A DNA stretch of 64,000 nucleotides from an uncultured Clostridia bacterium (lineage in GTDB: Bacteria; Bacillota; Clostridia; Oscillospirales; JAAYOS01), in assembly GCA_947593925.1 (NCBI GenBank), contig CANQDU010000006.1:41938-105937 (forward strand). The letters run 5' to 3'. Shown in pieces: positions 9,698 to 18,768 of the stretch. A model generated the notes under the pieces. The model ran no database searches. It saw only the letters and a program-made list of their open reading frames with translations, and was not told where the DNA came from. Positions within the stretch are counted from its first letter, which is position 1, and each line of letters opens with the position of its first letter. The translations under genes were made by a program, and so were the position numbers.

Positions 9698-10822
9698 ATG
9701 GCTAATAAGAACGCAAATCTTAATGCTGCGGCAAAAGCCAAAAAGGATGAGTTTTATACCCAGCTTACGGACATCGAAAAAGAACTGCGGCATTACAGAC
9801 AGCATTTCAAAGGGAAAACGGTGCTTTGCAACTGCGACGACCCATTTGAGAGCAATTTCTTCAAGTATTTTGTCCTGAACTTCAACCGTTTGGGTCTGAA
9901 AAAACTGATCGCCACTTGCTATGCCGGTTCTCCCATAGCGAACAAACAGCTTTCGATTTCTGCCGTTTTGGGTGAAGTAGAAGAAATATCAAACAAGCCA
10001 TATAAAGCGGTAGTTACGACTGTATATGACAAATCGGGTGACGGCGGCGTGGATATGTTCGATGTTGCCGAGCTGTTCAAGTCCGGGGAAAATGAGCTGT
10101 CGGAGTTGGAGGGTGACGGCGATTTTCGCTCGCCCGAATGTCTGGCTTTATTGGATGAAGCGGATATTGTTGTTACAAATCCGCCGTTTTCGCTGTTCAG
10201 AGAATATGTTACAACGTTATTAGAACATGAAAAGTTATTTGTAATCATTGGAAGTTTTAATGCAATTACATATAAGGAAATATTCCCTTTGTTGCGTGAC
10301 AACAAAATATGGCTTGGTATGGGTTTTCAAAACGGTAATGCATATTTCCGAATTCCAGAAGAAAATGCCCGTGAATTTGCTCAAGGCGTTTACGATCCAG
10401 AATCGGGATTTGTTCACTTCAGAAATTGCACTTGGTTTACAAATCTCGACATTAAAAAGCGTCACGAGGAAATGATTTTAGTCAAACGCTATCAGCCTGC
10501 TCTTTACCCCAAATATGATAATTACGATGCGATTGAAGTCAGTAAAACAGCCGATATTCCGTGTGATTATTCCGGTGTTATGGGGGTGCCGATTACTTTT
10601 CTTGATAAATATTGCCCGGATCAGTTCGAGATAGTAGGTATGGCAAAACGTGGTGCCGGAGATCCGGCGCTAAAGTCTCACGTTTACACAAAGGATGAAT
10701 ATCCGAATTATAGTGATTTAAATGCCACTCCTACATTGTGGATTGACGGCAAACTGAAAAATACATATCCGCGTATTTTAATCCGCAACAAGCACCCCGA
10801 AGCGCCGAGGGAGGTAAAATGA
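9698..10822 (+). CDS. N6-adenine DNA methyltransferase (EcoRI-methylase-like family, NPPF catalytic motif)
   Basis: I chose the internal ATG 9698 ([22 protein letters not shown]), preceded by AAAGGACAGGA. Motifs are [13 protein letters not shown] (SAM pocket) and [10 protein letters not shown] (motif IV). The gene is visibly AT-richer than its surroundings. Confidence 0.8.
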   Translation: MANKNANLNAAAKAKKDEFYTQLTDIEKELRHYRQHFKGKTVLCNCDDPFESNFFKYFVLNFNRLGLKKLIATCYAGSPIANKQLSISAVLGEVEEISNKPYKAVVTTVYDKSGDGGVDMFDVAELFKSGENELSELEGDGDFRSPECLALLDEADIVVTNPPFSLFREYVTTLLEHEKLFVIIGSFNAITYKEIFPLLRDNKIWLGMGFQNGNAYFRIPEENAREFAQGVYDPESGFVHFRNCTWFTNLDIKKRHEEMILVKRYQPALYPKYDNYDAIEVSKTADIPCDYSGVMGVPITFLDKYCPDQFEIVGMAKRGAGDPALKSHVYTKDEYPNYSDLNATPTLWIDGKLKNTYPRILIRNKHPEAPREVK

Positions 10823-10823
10823 G

Positions 10824-11930
10824 ATGCAGATAGAAGAACTGAAAGTCACGGTCGGCGAGGTGTACGAGGGCTATTTCAATGACGCGGAGGAGGGTGTTGT
10901 CGGCTATAACGGACTGCTCGACATCCGCCCAAGGTATCAGCGGGAATTTGTATACAGGGACGCACAACGGGACGAAGTCATCCGCACGGTGATGAAGGGT
11001 CTGCCCCTCAATGTAATCTATTGGTGCAAGGTAAAGAAGGAGAACGGTTCCGAAGGGTTTGAGGTGCTGGACGGCCAACAGCGCACGATCTCCCTGTGCG
11101 AATATGTGGACGGGTCCTTCTCTGTAGACGATAAGTATTTCTACAACCTGCCGTCCGACCGGAAAGAGAAGATTTTGAACTACCCCCTGTTTGTATATGT
11201 CTGCGACGGCTCGGACAGCGAAAAGCTTGATTGGTTCCGCATCATCAATATTGCCGGGGAACAGCTCACCGATCAGGAGCTGCGGAACGCCGTCTATGCC
11301 GGCAGCTGGACTTCCGACGCAAAGCGGTATTTCTCCAAAACCGGGTGCGCCGCGGACACGCTGGCGGGCGATTATCTCAAGGGCGTTTCCATCCGGCAGG
11401 AATATCTCGAAACGGCGATATTTTGGGCGGCAAGCGCCGAGGGAAAGAGCATCGAAGGCTATATGGCGGAGCGTCAGGACCTCCCAAGCGCCGTGCAGCT
11501 CTGGAACTATTTCCGCTCGGTCATTGACTGGGTACAGGCCATTTTCCCGAAGAAGCGCAGGGAGATGAAAGGGCTGCCGTGGGGACTGTTCTATAACCGG
11601 CACGGCAAGCGGACAGACCTTGACCCGCGAAAGCTGGAGATTGAAATTCAGCGGCTGATGGGTGATGAGGACGTAACAAGGAAATCCGGCATCTATGAAT
11701 ATCTGCTGACCGGCGACGAAAGGAAACTGTCGATACGCGCTTTTGACCGGCGGGATGCTCTCGCGGCCTACGAAAAGCAAGGTCACAAATGCGCGATTTG
11801 CGGCGAAGCCTTCGAGTTTGAGGAGATGCACGCCGACCATATCACGCCATGGAGCAGGGGAGGCAAAACGACGCCGGATAACTGCCAGATGCTGTGCCGT
11901 GACTGTAATTTAAAGAAAGGCGCGCAGTAA
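10824..11930 (+). CDS. DUF262 (ParB/GmrSD-like N-terminal domain) plus C-terminal HNH nuclease
   Basis: 368 aa. It has the DUF262 hallmarks [10 protein letters not shown] and LDGQQR. The C-terminal HNH is [44 protein letters not shown]. The ATG lies 1 nt after the methyltransferase stop, with GAGGGAGG embedded in the upstream gene. Confidence 0.8.
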   Translation: MQIEELKVTVGEVYEGYFNDAEEGVVGYNGLLDIRPRYQREFVYRDAQRDEVIRTVMKGLPLNVIYWCKVKKENGSEGFEVLDGQQRTISLCEYVDGSFSVDDKYFYNLPSDRKEKILNYPLFVYVCDGSDSEKLDWFRIINIAGEQLTDQELRNAVYAGSWTSDAKRYFSKTGCAADTLAGDYLKGVSIRQEYLETAIFWAASAEGKSIEGYMAERQDLPSAVQLWNYFRSVIDWVQAIFPKKRREMKGLPWGLFYNRHGKRTDLDPRKLEIEIQRLMGDEDVTRKSGIYEYLLTGDERKLSIRAFDRRDALAAYEKQGHKCAICGEAFEFEEMHADHITPWSRGGKTTPDNCQMLCRDCNLKKGAQ

Positions 11931-11950
11931 AGAAATAGATAAAGTGACGT

Positions 11951-11981
11951 TATAGCATATCGCTCCGCGATATGCTATAAT
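11951..11981 (+). promoter_or_regulatory. Perfect 13-bp-arm palindrome overlapping an extended -10 (TGcTATAAT)
   Basis: The palindrome TATAGCATATCGC-TCC-GCGATATGCTATA spans 11951-11979 and TGCTATAAT spans 11973-11981. It lies 20 nt after the HNH gene stop and 41 nt before ATG 12022. It could be a terminator for the upstream pair, an operator or promoter for the GTPase gene, or both. Confidence 0.5.
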
Positions 11982-12021
11982 ATTTTCAGCATCAATCTTG
12001 TGTGCCGGGAGGTGATACAGC

Positions 12022-14646
12022 ATGGATAATTCAGCGCCGCGCGCCGCGAGGCGCGTCTGCGTCGGACTGCTCGCGCATGTGGACGCGGGCAAGACCACGC
12101 TCAGCGAGGCGCTGCTCTACACGAGCGGCAGCCTGCGGAAGCTGGGGCGCGTCGATCACGGAGATGCGTTCCTCGACAACGACGTGCAGGAGCGCGAGCG
12201 CGGCATCACCATATTCTCAAAGCAGGCCATGCTGTACCTCGAAAACACGGAGATGACGCTTCTCGATACCCCCGGCCACGTCGATTTCTCGGCGGAGATG
12301 GAGCGCACGCTCGGCGTCCTCGACTGCGCGATACTCGTCATCAGCGGCTCGGACGGCGTGCAGGGTCACACGAGGACGCTCTGGCGCCTGCTCGAGCGGT
12401 ACGGCGTGCCGACCTTCATATTCGTAAACAAGATGGACCTCCCCGGCACCGACCGCGGCCGCGTCCTCGAAGGACTGAAGCGCGCGCTCGGCGACGGCTG
12501 TATAGACTTTTCTGCGGACGTCCGCGCGCGGGACGAGGCCGTCGCCATGACGGACGAGGCGGCGCTCGAAGAATTTCTTGCGTCGGGCGTGGTGCCGGAC
12601 GCACGGACGGCGGCGCTCATAGCCGCGCGGAAGGTGTTCCCGTGCTGGTTCGGTTCGGCGCTGAAACTCGAGGGCGTGGAGGAGTTTCTGCGCGGCGTCG
12701 AGACCTACGCGCCCTCGCCGGAGTACCCGGAGGAGTTCGGCGCGAAGGTCTTCAAGGTGTCGCGGGACGCAAAGAACGTCCGCCTCACATGGATGAAGAT
12801 AACCGGCGGAACGCTCCGCGCGAAGGCGCAGCTCTCGCACGGCGAGGGCGAGGACGCATGGGAGGAGAAGGCGGATCAGCTCCGCCTGTACTCCGGTGTG
12901 AAATTTACGACGTTCGAGGAGGCGGAGGCCGGCTCGATAGTCGCCGTGACCGGGCTCACGCGGACGTATCCCGGCGAGGGGCTCGGCGCTGAGCGGGACA
13001 ATCCCGAAGCGGTGCTCGAGCCGGTGCTGAACTACCGGCTGATCCTGCCGGAGGGGACAGACCCGGCGACAGTCCTCCCAAAGCTCAGACAGCTCGAGGA
13101 GGAGGACCCGATGCTCCGGGTGCTCTGGAACGATCAGTGGAAGGAGATAAACGTCCGCCTGATGGGCGAGGTGCAGCTTGAGGTGCTTCAGCGCCTCATC
13201 GCGGACAGGTTCGATATAGAGGCGGACTTCGACACCGGCAGCATCCTCTACAAGGAGACGATAGCGAACCGCGTGGAGGGCGTCGGCCACTTCGAACCGC
13301 TCCGACACTATGCGGAGGTGCATCTTCTGATGGAGCCCGGTCCGCGCGGGAGCGGCGTCCGGGTGGACACCGACTGTCCGCAGAGCCGGCTCGACTTCAG
13401 CTGGCAGAGGCTCATACTCACGCATCTGCTCGAGCGCGAGCACCCCGGCGTGCTCACCGGCTCACCGATAACCGACGTGAAGATAACGCTCGTCGCGGGC
13501 GCGGCGAGCGTCAAGCACACCGAGGGAGGCGACTTCCGTCAGGCGACCTACCGCGCGGTGCGTCAGGGACTCATGCAGGCGGAGAGCGTCCTGCTCGAAC
13601 CGTTCTACGACTTCCGCCTAGAGCTTCCTCCGCAGAATGTCGGCCGCGCCATGACCGACATACAGGGAATGGGCGGCAGTGTGGACGACCCGTCCTCGGA
13701 GGGCGAGATGACCGTCCTCACCGGCTTCGCGCCGGTCGCGGGGCTCCAGGACTACTGGCGCGAGGTGACGGCGTACACGCGCGGCCTCGGGCGGCTCTCC
13801 TGCTCCTTTAGGGGCTACGAGCCGTGCGGGAACGCGGAGGAGGTCGTCGCCGCGATAGGCTACGACCCGGAGCGCGATACCGAAAACCCCGCCGACTCGG
13901 TGTTCTGCGCGCACGGCGCGGGCTTTAACGTCAAGTGGGACAAGGTCCCGGAGTATATGCACATTGAGGGACTGCGCCTTGAGCAGGAGCAGCAGCCCGA
14001 GGAGCAGGCGGCGCCGTCCGCTCCGGCGCACCGGGTGTACGCGACGTCGTTTGAGCAGGACAAGGAGCTGAAGTCCATCTTCGAGAAGACCTACGGCAAG
14101 GTGGAGTACAAGGCGTGGGAACCGGCAAGGAGCCCCGCCCGCACGAGCATCAGCGACTCGTACTCGAAGCGCGGCGTCGGCGCGAGGAAGGCGGAGGGGC
14201 CGGAGTACCTGCTTGTGGACGGCTACAACATCATCTTTGCGTGGGACGAGCTCCGCGAGGTCGCAAAGACGGACATCGCCGCCGCACGGTCGATGCTCGA
14301 GGACATCCTCGCAAACTATCGGGGGTTCCGGAAGTGCGTCGTGATACTCGTCTTTGACGCATACAAGGTGAAGGGCAACCCCGGCTCGGTCGAGAAGCGG
14401 CACGGAATATATATCGTCTACACCAAGGAGGCCGAGACCGCCGACACATATATAGAAAAGACGACCTATCGGATAGCGAAGGACCATCCGGTGCGCGTCG
14501 CCACGTCGGACGGGCTCGAGCAGGTGATAATCCTCGGCCACGGCGCGCTCCGGATAAGCGCGGAGACCTTTCGCGCGGAGGTGGCGGCGACGCAGGTGCG
14601 CATAGACGAGATAATCGCCGAGTACAACCGCAGGGGAAAGAAGTAA
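12022..14646 (+). CDS. TetM/EF-G-family translational GTPase fused to a C-terminal YacP/Rae1-like NYN ribonuclease domain
   Basis: 874 aa. GTPase motifs are G1 AHVDAGKTT, G2 RGITI, G3 DTPGH and G4 NKMD, followed by EF-G-like domains II-V. After a low-complexity linker, the last ~170 aa (EYLLVDGYNIIFAW...VVILVFDAYKVKG...ETADTYIE...VRVATSDGLEQVI..GA.RISA) match the YacP/Rae1 NYN pattern. Confidence 0.8.
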   Translation: MDNSAPRAARRVCVGLLAHVDAGKTTLSEALLYTSGSLRKLGRVDHGDAFLDNDVQERERGITIFSKQAMLYLENTEMTLLDTPGHVDFSAEMERTLGVLDCAILVISGSDGVQGHTRTLWRLLERYGVPTFIFVNKMDLPGTDRGRVLEGLKRALGDGCIDFSADVRARDEAVAMTDEAALEEFLASGVVPDARTAALIAARKVFPCWFGSALKLEGVEEFLRGVETYAPSPEYPEEFGAKVFKVSRDAKNVRLTWMKITGGTLRAKAQLSHGEGEDAWEEKADQLRLYSGVKFTTFEEAEAGSIVAVTGLTRTYPGEGLGAERDNPEAVLEPVLNYRLILPEGTDPATVLPKLRQLEEEDPMLRVLWNDQWKEINVRLMGEVQLEVLQRLIADRFDIEADFDTGSILYKETIANRVEGVGHFEPLRHYAEVHLLMEPGPRGSGVRVDTDCPQSRLDFSWQRLILTHLLEREHPGVLTGSPITDVKITLVAGAASVKHTEGGDFRQATYRAVRQGLMQAESVLLEPFYDFRLELPPQNVGRAMTDIQGMGGSVDDPSSEGEMTVLTGFAPVAGLQDYWREVTAYTRGLGRLSCSFRGYEPCGNAEEVVAAIGYDPERDTENPADSVFCAHGAGFNVKWDKVPEYMHIEGLRLEQEQQPEEQAAPSAPAHRVYATSFEQDKELKSIFEKTYGKVEYKAWEPARSPARTSISDSYSKRGVGARKAEGPEYLLVDGYNIIFAWDELREVAKTDIAAARSMLEDILANYRGFRKCVVILVFDAYKVKGNPGSVEKRHGIYIVYTKEAETADTYIEKTTYRIAKDHPVRVATSDGLEQVIILGHGALRISAETFRAEVAATQVRIDEIIAEYNRRGKK

Positions 14647-14696
14647 ATAACCGCGGGTCATGCCGCGGAAAAAACAAAATATTCAGGAGGGATACC

Positions 14697-16019
14697 ATGG
14701 TAAAGATCACATTCATGGGCGCGGGGAGCACGGTGTTTGCAAAGAACGTCCTCGGCGACTCGATGCTCTCGCCCGCGCTGCACGACGCGGAGATCGCGCT
14801 TTACGACATCGACGCGGAGCGTCTCGAGGAGAGCTTCCTTCTCATCACCCGCATGAACGAGAATATCAACGGCGGGCGCGCGAAGGTGGAGAAGTACCTC
14901 GGCGTGGAGAACCGCCGCGCGGCGCTCAAAGGCGCGAAGTTCGTCATAAACGCGATACAGGTCGGAGGATACGAGCCCTGTACCGTCATAGACTTCGAGG
15001 TGCCGAAGAAGTACGGCCTACGCCAGACGATAGGCGACACGCTCGGCATCGGCGGCATCTTCCGCGCGCTCCGCACGATAGCCGTCATGCGCGGCTTTGC
15101 GGAGGACATCGAGGCGGTCTGCCCGGACGCGTGGCTTCTGAACTACACGAACCCCATGGCGATGCTCACCGGCTACATGCTCCGCTATACCGGCGTGAAG
15201 ACCGTCGGCCTCTGCCACAGCGTTCAAGTCTGCTCGGAGGGACTTCTGCGCGGTCTCGGCATGGAGGATAAGCTGGAGGGACGCATCGAGACGATAGCGG
15301 GCATAAACCACATGGGGTGGCTCCTTGACATACGCGACAGGGACGGCAACGATCTCTATCCCGAGATACGCCGCCGCTCTAAGGAGCGGAACGCCCGCGA
15401 GAAGCACGGCGACATGGTGCGCTACGACTACATCGACAAGCTCGGCTACTACTGCACCGAGTCGAGCGAGCACAACGCCGAGTACAACTACCTCTACATA
15501 AAGGAGAACCGCCCGGAGCTCATCGAGAAGTTCAACATCCCGCTCGACGAGTATCCGCGCCGCTGTATAAATCAGATAGCGGGCTGGAAGAAGCAGAAGG
15601 AGGAGCTGATGGCGGGCGGAGACGTCACGCACACCCGCTCCACCGAGTACGCCTCGCACATCATGGAGGCGATGGTGACCGGCGTGCCCTACAAGATAGG
15701 CGGCAACGTCCTCAACCGCGGGCTCATCACGAACCTGCCGGACGAGGCGTGCGTCGAGGTCGCGTGCATGGTCGATAACGGCGGCGTCCATCCGACGTTT
15801 GCGGGCGCACTGCCGACGCAGCTCGCCGCGATGAATATGACAAACATCAACGTCCAGCTCCTCACCGTCGAGGCGGCGCACGAGCGGAGCATGGAGCACG
15901 TCTACCACGCGGCGATGCTCGACCCGCACACCGGCAGCCAGCTCTCCACCGACGAGATAGTGTCGCTCTGCGACGAACTCCGCGCGGCGCACGAGGCCGC
16001 GGGGTATCCGATATTCTAA
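14697..16019 (+). CDS. melA: Glycoside hydrolase family 4 alpha-galactosidase/alpha-glucosidase (NAD-dependent)
   Basis: 440 aa. The N-terminal Rossmann motif (KITFMGAGSTVFAKNVLGD) and overall length are typical of MelA/AglA GH4 enzymes. Confidence 0.75.
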   Translation: MVKITFMGAGSTVFAKNVLGDSMLSPALHDAEIALYDIDAERLEESFLLITRMNENINGGRAKVEKYLGVENRRAALKGAKFVINAIQVGGYEPCTVIDFEVPKKYGLRQTIGDTLGIGGIFRALRTIAVMRGFAEDIEAVCPDAWLLNYTNPMAMLTGYMLRYTGVKTVGLCHSVQVCSEGLLRGLGMEDKLEGRIETIAGINHMGWLLDIRDRDGNDLYPEIRRRSKERNAREKHGDMVRYDYIDKLGYYCTESSEHNAEYNYLYIKENRPELIEKFNIPLDEYPRRCINQIAGWKKQKEELMAGGDVTHTRSTEYASHIMEAMVTGVPYKIGGNVLNRGLITNLPDEACVEVACMVDNGGVHPTFAGALPTQLAAMNMTNINVQLLTVEAAHERSMEHVYHAAMLDPHTGSQLSTDEIVSLCDELRAAHEAAGYPIF

Positions 16020-16047
16020 TAATGCGGGCGAAGCCCGCCGCCTCTTT

Positions 16048-16896
16048 GCGGGGATTGCATCCCCACCCCTCTAGCGGGGAAGCCCCGCGAGCATTCGCGG
16101 GGTGACCCCCGCGTCCCTAAGTGAGGCAGAGCCTCACCGGTACCATGCGGGGGCTGCGCCCCCGCGCCCCGCGTTACTTTTTGCTTGTGCAAAAAGTAAC
16201 CAAAAAGCACACAAAGGGGAGAAAACCAACGGTTTTCTCCCCTTTGTACCCCTCTTTCCTTAATCGGAAAGGCTCTGCCACGCGGGACACCCGTGCGTAG
16301 CTTAGTACAAGCGTCCACGCTCATACTTTCCACTAGAACCGAAAGTCCCGTTTTCTCGGGATAGCCTCTGCATTACGCTTATAGTGTGAGCGTAGGACCG
16401 GACTTTTGTTTCTACTACGCAGGAACTGTTCGATGTCGTCGAATACAGTGGGAAAGTCGGATATTGTCACCCCGGAAACTCACCCGGTCGGACGATAGAT
16501 TTGTTCGATACGGAGTTATGCCCTGTTATGTGGGTCGTGGTGTTGTGTCTGTATTCAGGAGAGGGATTTTTAAGGGAGAGGGCGGAGCCCTCTCCCTTAA
16601 GCGCGCTTTTTGGATACTTTTTGCGCGAGCAAAAAGTAGCGCAGGGGTGCGGGGCGGCACAGCCCCGCGAAGGTAGTGGTGAGGCTCTGCCTCACTTAGG
16701 GACGCGGGGGTCACCCCCGCGAATGCTCGCGGGGCTTCCCCGCTGGATGGGTGTGGGCTTTGCCCACAGATGGGGTGCGGGGCGGCACAGCCCCGCGAAG
16801 GTAGTGGTGAGGCTCTGCCTCACTTAGGGACGCGGGGGTCACCCCCGCGAATGCTCGCGGGGCTTCCCCGCCGGAGGGGTGGGGCACAAGCCCCAC
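16048..16896 (-). repeat. Composite repeat element, copy A (inverted relative to copies B and C)
   Basis: The left arm (16048-16250) and right arm (16552-16896) are mirror-image arrays of short GC hairpins. The conserved ~300-bp core (16251-16551) aligns by hand with the reverse complement of 23161-23458 and 34400-34697. Confidence 0.85.
16644..16871. repeat. Tandem duplication (two identical 100-bp units, 128-bp period) inside the right arm of copy A
   Basis: The unit GGGGTGCGGGGCGGCACAGCCCCGCGAAGGTAGTGGTGAGGCTCTGCCTCACTTAGGGACGCGGGGGTCACCCCCGCGAATGCTCGCGGGGCTTCCCCGC occurs at 16644-16743 and again at 16772-16871. Confidence 0.9.
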
Positions 16897-18045
16897 TCAC
16901 GCGGGCAGCAGCCCGCGCGGGACGCGCTCCGGCGAGCGGACGAGCCGCTCCGCAAGGTCGCATATCCGCGCGGCGGCGGCGGAAGGTATCTCCCGGCGCT
17001 GCGAAGCGAGCATCGCGTCGCGCGCCGCCGCGTCGTCAAGCAGAGAGAGGGCGGAGGCAAGCGACGCCTCGGTCATGTCGCACGCGACGCTCATGCCGCG
17101 CTCCGAGAAGTATTCCGCGTTGCAGGTCTCGCACCCCGGTATCGGGGAGATGTGGACGAGCGGGATGCCGCACACCGCCGCCTCGGTGGAGGAGAGCCCG
17201 CCGGGCTTCGTGAAGTACAGACTGCTCGCCCGCAGATAGTCCGCCATCCTGTCGGTGTGACCGACGACGGTGACCTCCCCGCCGAACCGTTCGCTCAGGC
17301 GGCGGAAGAGCTCCTCGTTGTTTCCGCAGACGACTATGACGCCGACGTCCCCGCGTCCGCGCGTGAGCGCGGAGATGGTCTCGACCGCGGTCTCCGGCTC
17401 GCCCGCGCCGATGCTTCCGCCCGAGACGAGGATGTACCGCTTCCGGGGGTCGAGCCCGAGGCTCCGCTTCGCCTCGTCGGAAGACTCGGGTTCCGAGAAG
17501 GCGGCGGAGGTCGGTATGCCTAGGGGATAGAGCCTGTCGAGCGGTATGCCGCGCGAGGCAAATTCGTTTATAAGTGAGGGGGTGGGCACGACGTATGCGT
17601 CGCACTCGGTCTCCTCGGTGAAGGGTATGCAGACGTAGTCGGTGGCGATGAATATCGTCTTCGGCGTGTCGAAGCCGTGCCGCCGCATGCCGGTAAGTAT
17701 CTCGGCGGGGAAGACGTGCGGCATGAACACCACGTCAAAGCTGTGCTCCGCGAGGTAGTCGCGGAGCGCGGACATCATCGCAAGGTTTGCAAAGTACACC
17801 GGCGAGTGGACGGGCAGGCGGCGGTAGAGATCGCCTATTTTGTAGACTGCGCCGAACCCGTGCGGCGCGTGCTGCGCCATGCGGATGTAGACGTTGTCTA
17901 TCGTCTCCGCGAGGCGGGGACTGTGCAGGGTGTAGGGGTTGAGCATGACGGCGCGGTCTCCGCGCCGCCGAAGCTCCTCCGCTATCGCGCGGCCGGCGGA
18001 GTTGTGTCCGCCGCCGGTGCCGCAGGAAAGTATCAGCGCATCCAT
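16897..18045 (-). CDS. MGDG-synthase-family (GT28, UgtP-like) diacylglycerol glycosyltransferase
   Basis: I chose the internal ATG 18045 (MDALILSCGTGGGHNSAGRAIAEEL), preceded by GGAGGTGAA. It has the ILS..TGGGH N-terminal motif of MGDG synthase-like enzymes. It overlaps the plsY stop by 13 nt. Confidence 0.7.
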   Translation of the reverse strand: MDALILSCGTGGGHNSAGRAIAEELRRRGDRAVMLNPYTLHSPRLAETIDNVYIRMAQHAPHGFGAVYKIGDLYRRLPVHSPVYFANLAMMSALRDYLAEHSFDVVFMPHVFPAEILTGMRRHGFDTPKTIFIATDYVCIPFTEETECDAYVVPTPSLINEFASRGIPLDRLYPLGIPTSAAFSEPESSDEAKRSLGLDPRKRYILVSGGSIGAGEPETAVETISALTRGRGDVGVIVVCGNNEELFRRLSERFGGEVTVVGHTDRMADYLRASSLYFTKPGGLSSTEAAVCGIPLVHISPIPGCETCNAEYFSERGMSVACDMTEASLASALSLLDDAAARDAMLASQRREIPSAAAARICDLAERLVRSPERVPRGLLPA

Positions 18046-18659
18046 AACAGGTTCACCTCCGGCTTTTTTCGCTCCTCTCTGCTCATGTGGAGCCGCGCGC
18101 AGACGGCGGCGGAGATGAGCAGAAATCCGACGCACACGCCCGCTCCGCAGCCCATGCAGAGCATTCCGACGAGCGCGGAGACGTAGCTTACGAGCGTCCT
18201 GTAAAAGTGCGGGGATACCCGGAGTATTACCGAGAAGAAGATGAAGAAGAACGCGAGCGCCGCGAGCGGCTGCCACGCGGGCAGGAGCCCGAGGAGGCAC
18301 CCGAACGTGACCGCGATGCCCTTTCCGCCCTCAAAGCCATGAAACAGAGGGAATATGTGACCCATGACCGGGGCGGCGATGACGAGCGCCGTCAGAAGCG
18401 GAGAGACGCGAGGAAAGGCGGCGCTGTGCATGTAGAAAAAGACCGGCAGAGCGCCCTTCGCAAGGTCGCAGACGAGCGTCAGCACGCCGCACAGGAAGCC
18501 GCCGTACATGAAGGCGTTCGCCGTGCCGGGGTTCCCGTCGCGGCTGTCCTCAAGCATATTCTCTTTGCCGAAAACGCGGGAAAAGACCCGGGCGTAGAGC
18601 ACACTGCCGGAGAGATACCCGAGCGCCGTGAACATCAGAGCCGTAAGCATCATAGTCAC
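18033..18659 (-). CDS. plsY: Glycerol-3-phosphate acyltransferase PlsY
   Basis: 208-aa multi-TM protein with the GSVLYARVF...DSRDGNPGTANAF signature. Confidence 0.85.
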   Translation of the reverse strand: MTMMLTALMFTALGYLSGSVLYARVFSRVFGKENMLEDSRDGNPGTANAFMYGGFLCGVLTLVCDLAKGALPVFFYMHSAAFPRVSPLLTALVIAAPVMGHIFPLFHGFEGGKGIAVTFGCLLGLLPAWQPLAALAFFFIFFSVILRVSPHFYRTLVSYVSALVGMLCMGCGAGVCVGFLLISAAVCARLHMSREERKKPEVNLLWMR

Positions 18660-18691
18660 CCCTGAAAAGAAAGCATGAACCGTTTCATCCT

Positions 18692-18719
18692 ATTGTAAAG
18701 TATAGAACACATTTTGCAA
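18692..18719 (-). promoter_or_regulatory. Sigma-70-type promoter TTGCAA-16-TACAAT for plsY
   Basis: On the minus strand, TTGCAA is at 18714-18719 and TACAAT at 18692-18697. The promoter lies ~35 nt upstream of the plsY ATG. Confidence 0.5.
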
Positions 18720-18768
18720 CTCTGCTTCAACTCAAAATCAATTTTTGTTGAAAAAAGGCGCGCGCAAA

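Noticed and set aside
12022-14646. Calling the GTPase a tetracycline-resistance (TetM/TetO-type ribosomal protection) gene
   Set aside because: Family resemblance alone does not show resistance. The extra C-terminal NYN domain, host-like composition and lack of mobile-element context argue for a different, housekeeping or surveillance role.
7939-15992. Long antisense ORFs 7939..8898, 8754..9431, 10731..11840, 12217..13443, 13618..14661 and 15018..15992
   Set aside because: Each is the mirror frame of a gene with clear motifs on the other strand (methyltransferase, DUF262-HNH, GTPase, GH4). None has recognisable domains.
16386-16676. Small ORFs crossing the repeat cores (16386..16676, 23017..23376, 34292..34615, 23376..23765, 34640..35053)
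   Set aside because: The three copies differ by frame-breaking indels, so no reading frame is conserved across them. The predicted peptides are read-throughs of hairpin arrays.
16048-16896. Possible CRISPR array in the GC-hairpin repeat regions (also 22924-23160, 23459-23747, 34101-34399, 34698-34995)
   Set aside because: There is no constant-length direct repeat separated by unique spacers. The units are heterogeneous palindromes arranged as mirror-image arms, and no cas genes are present.
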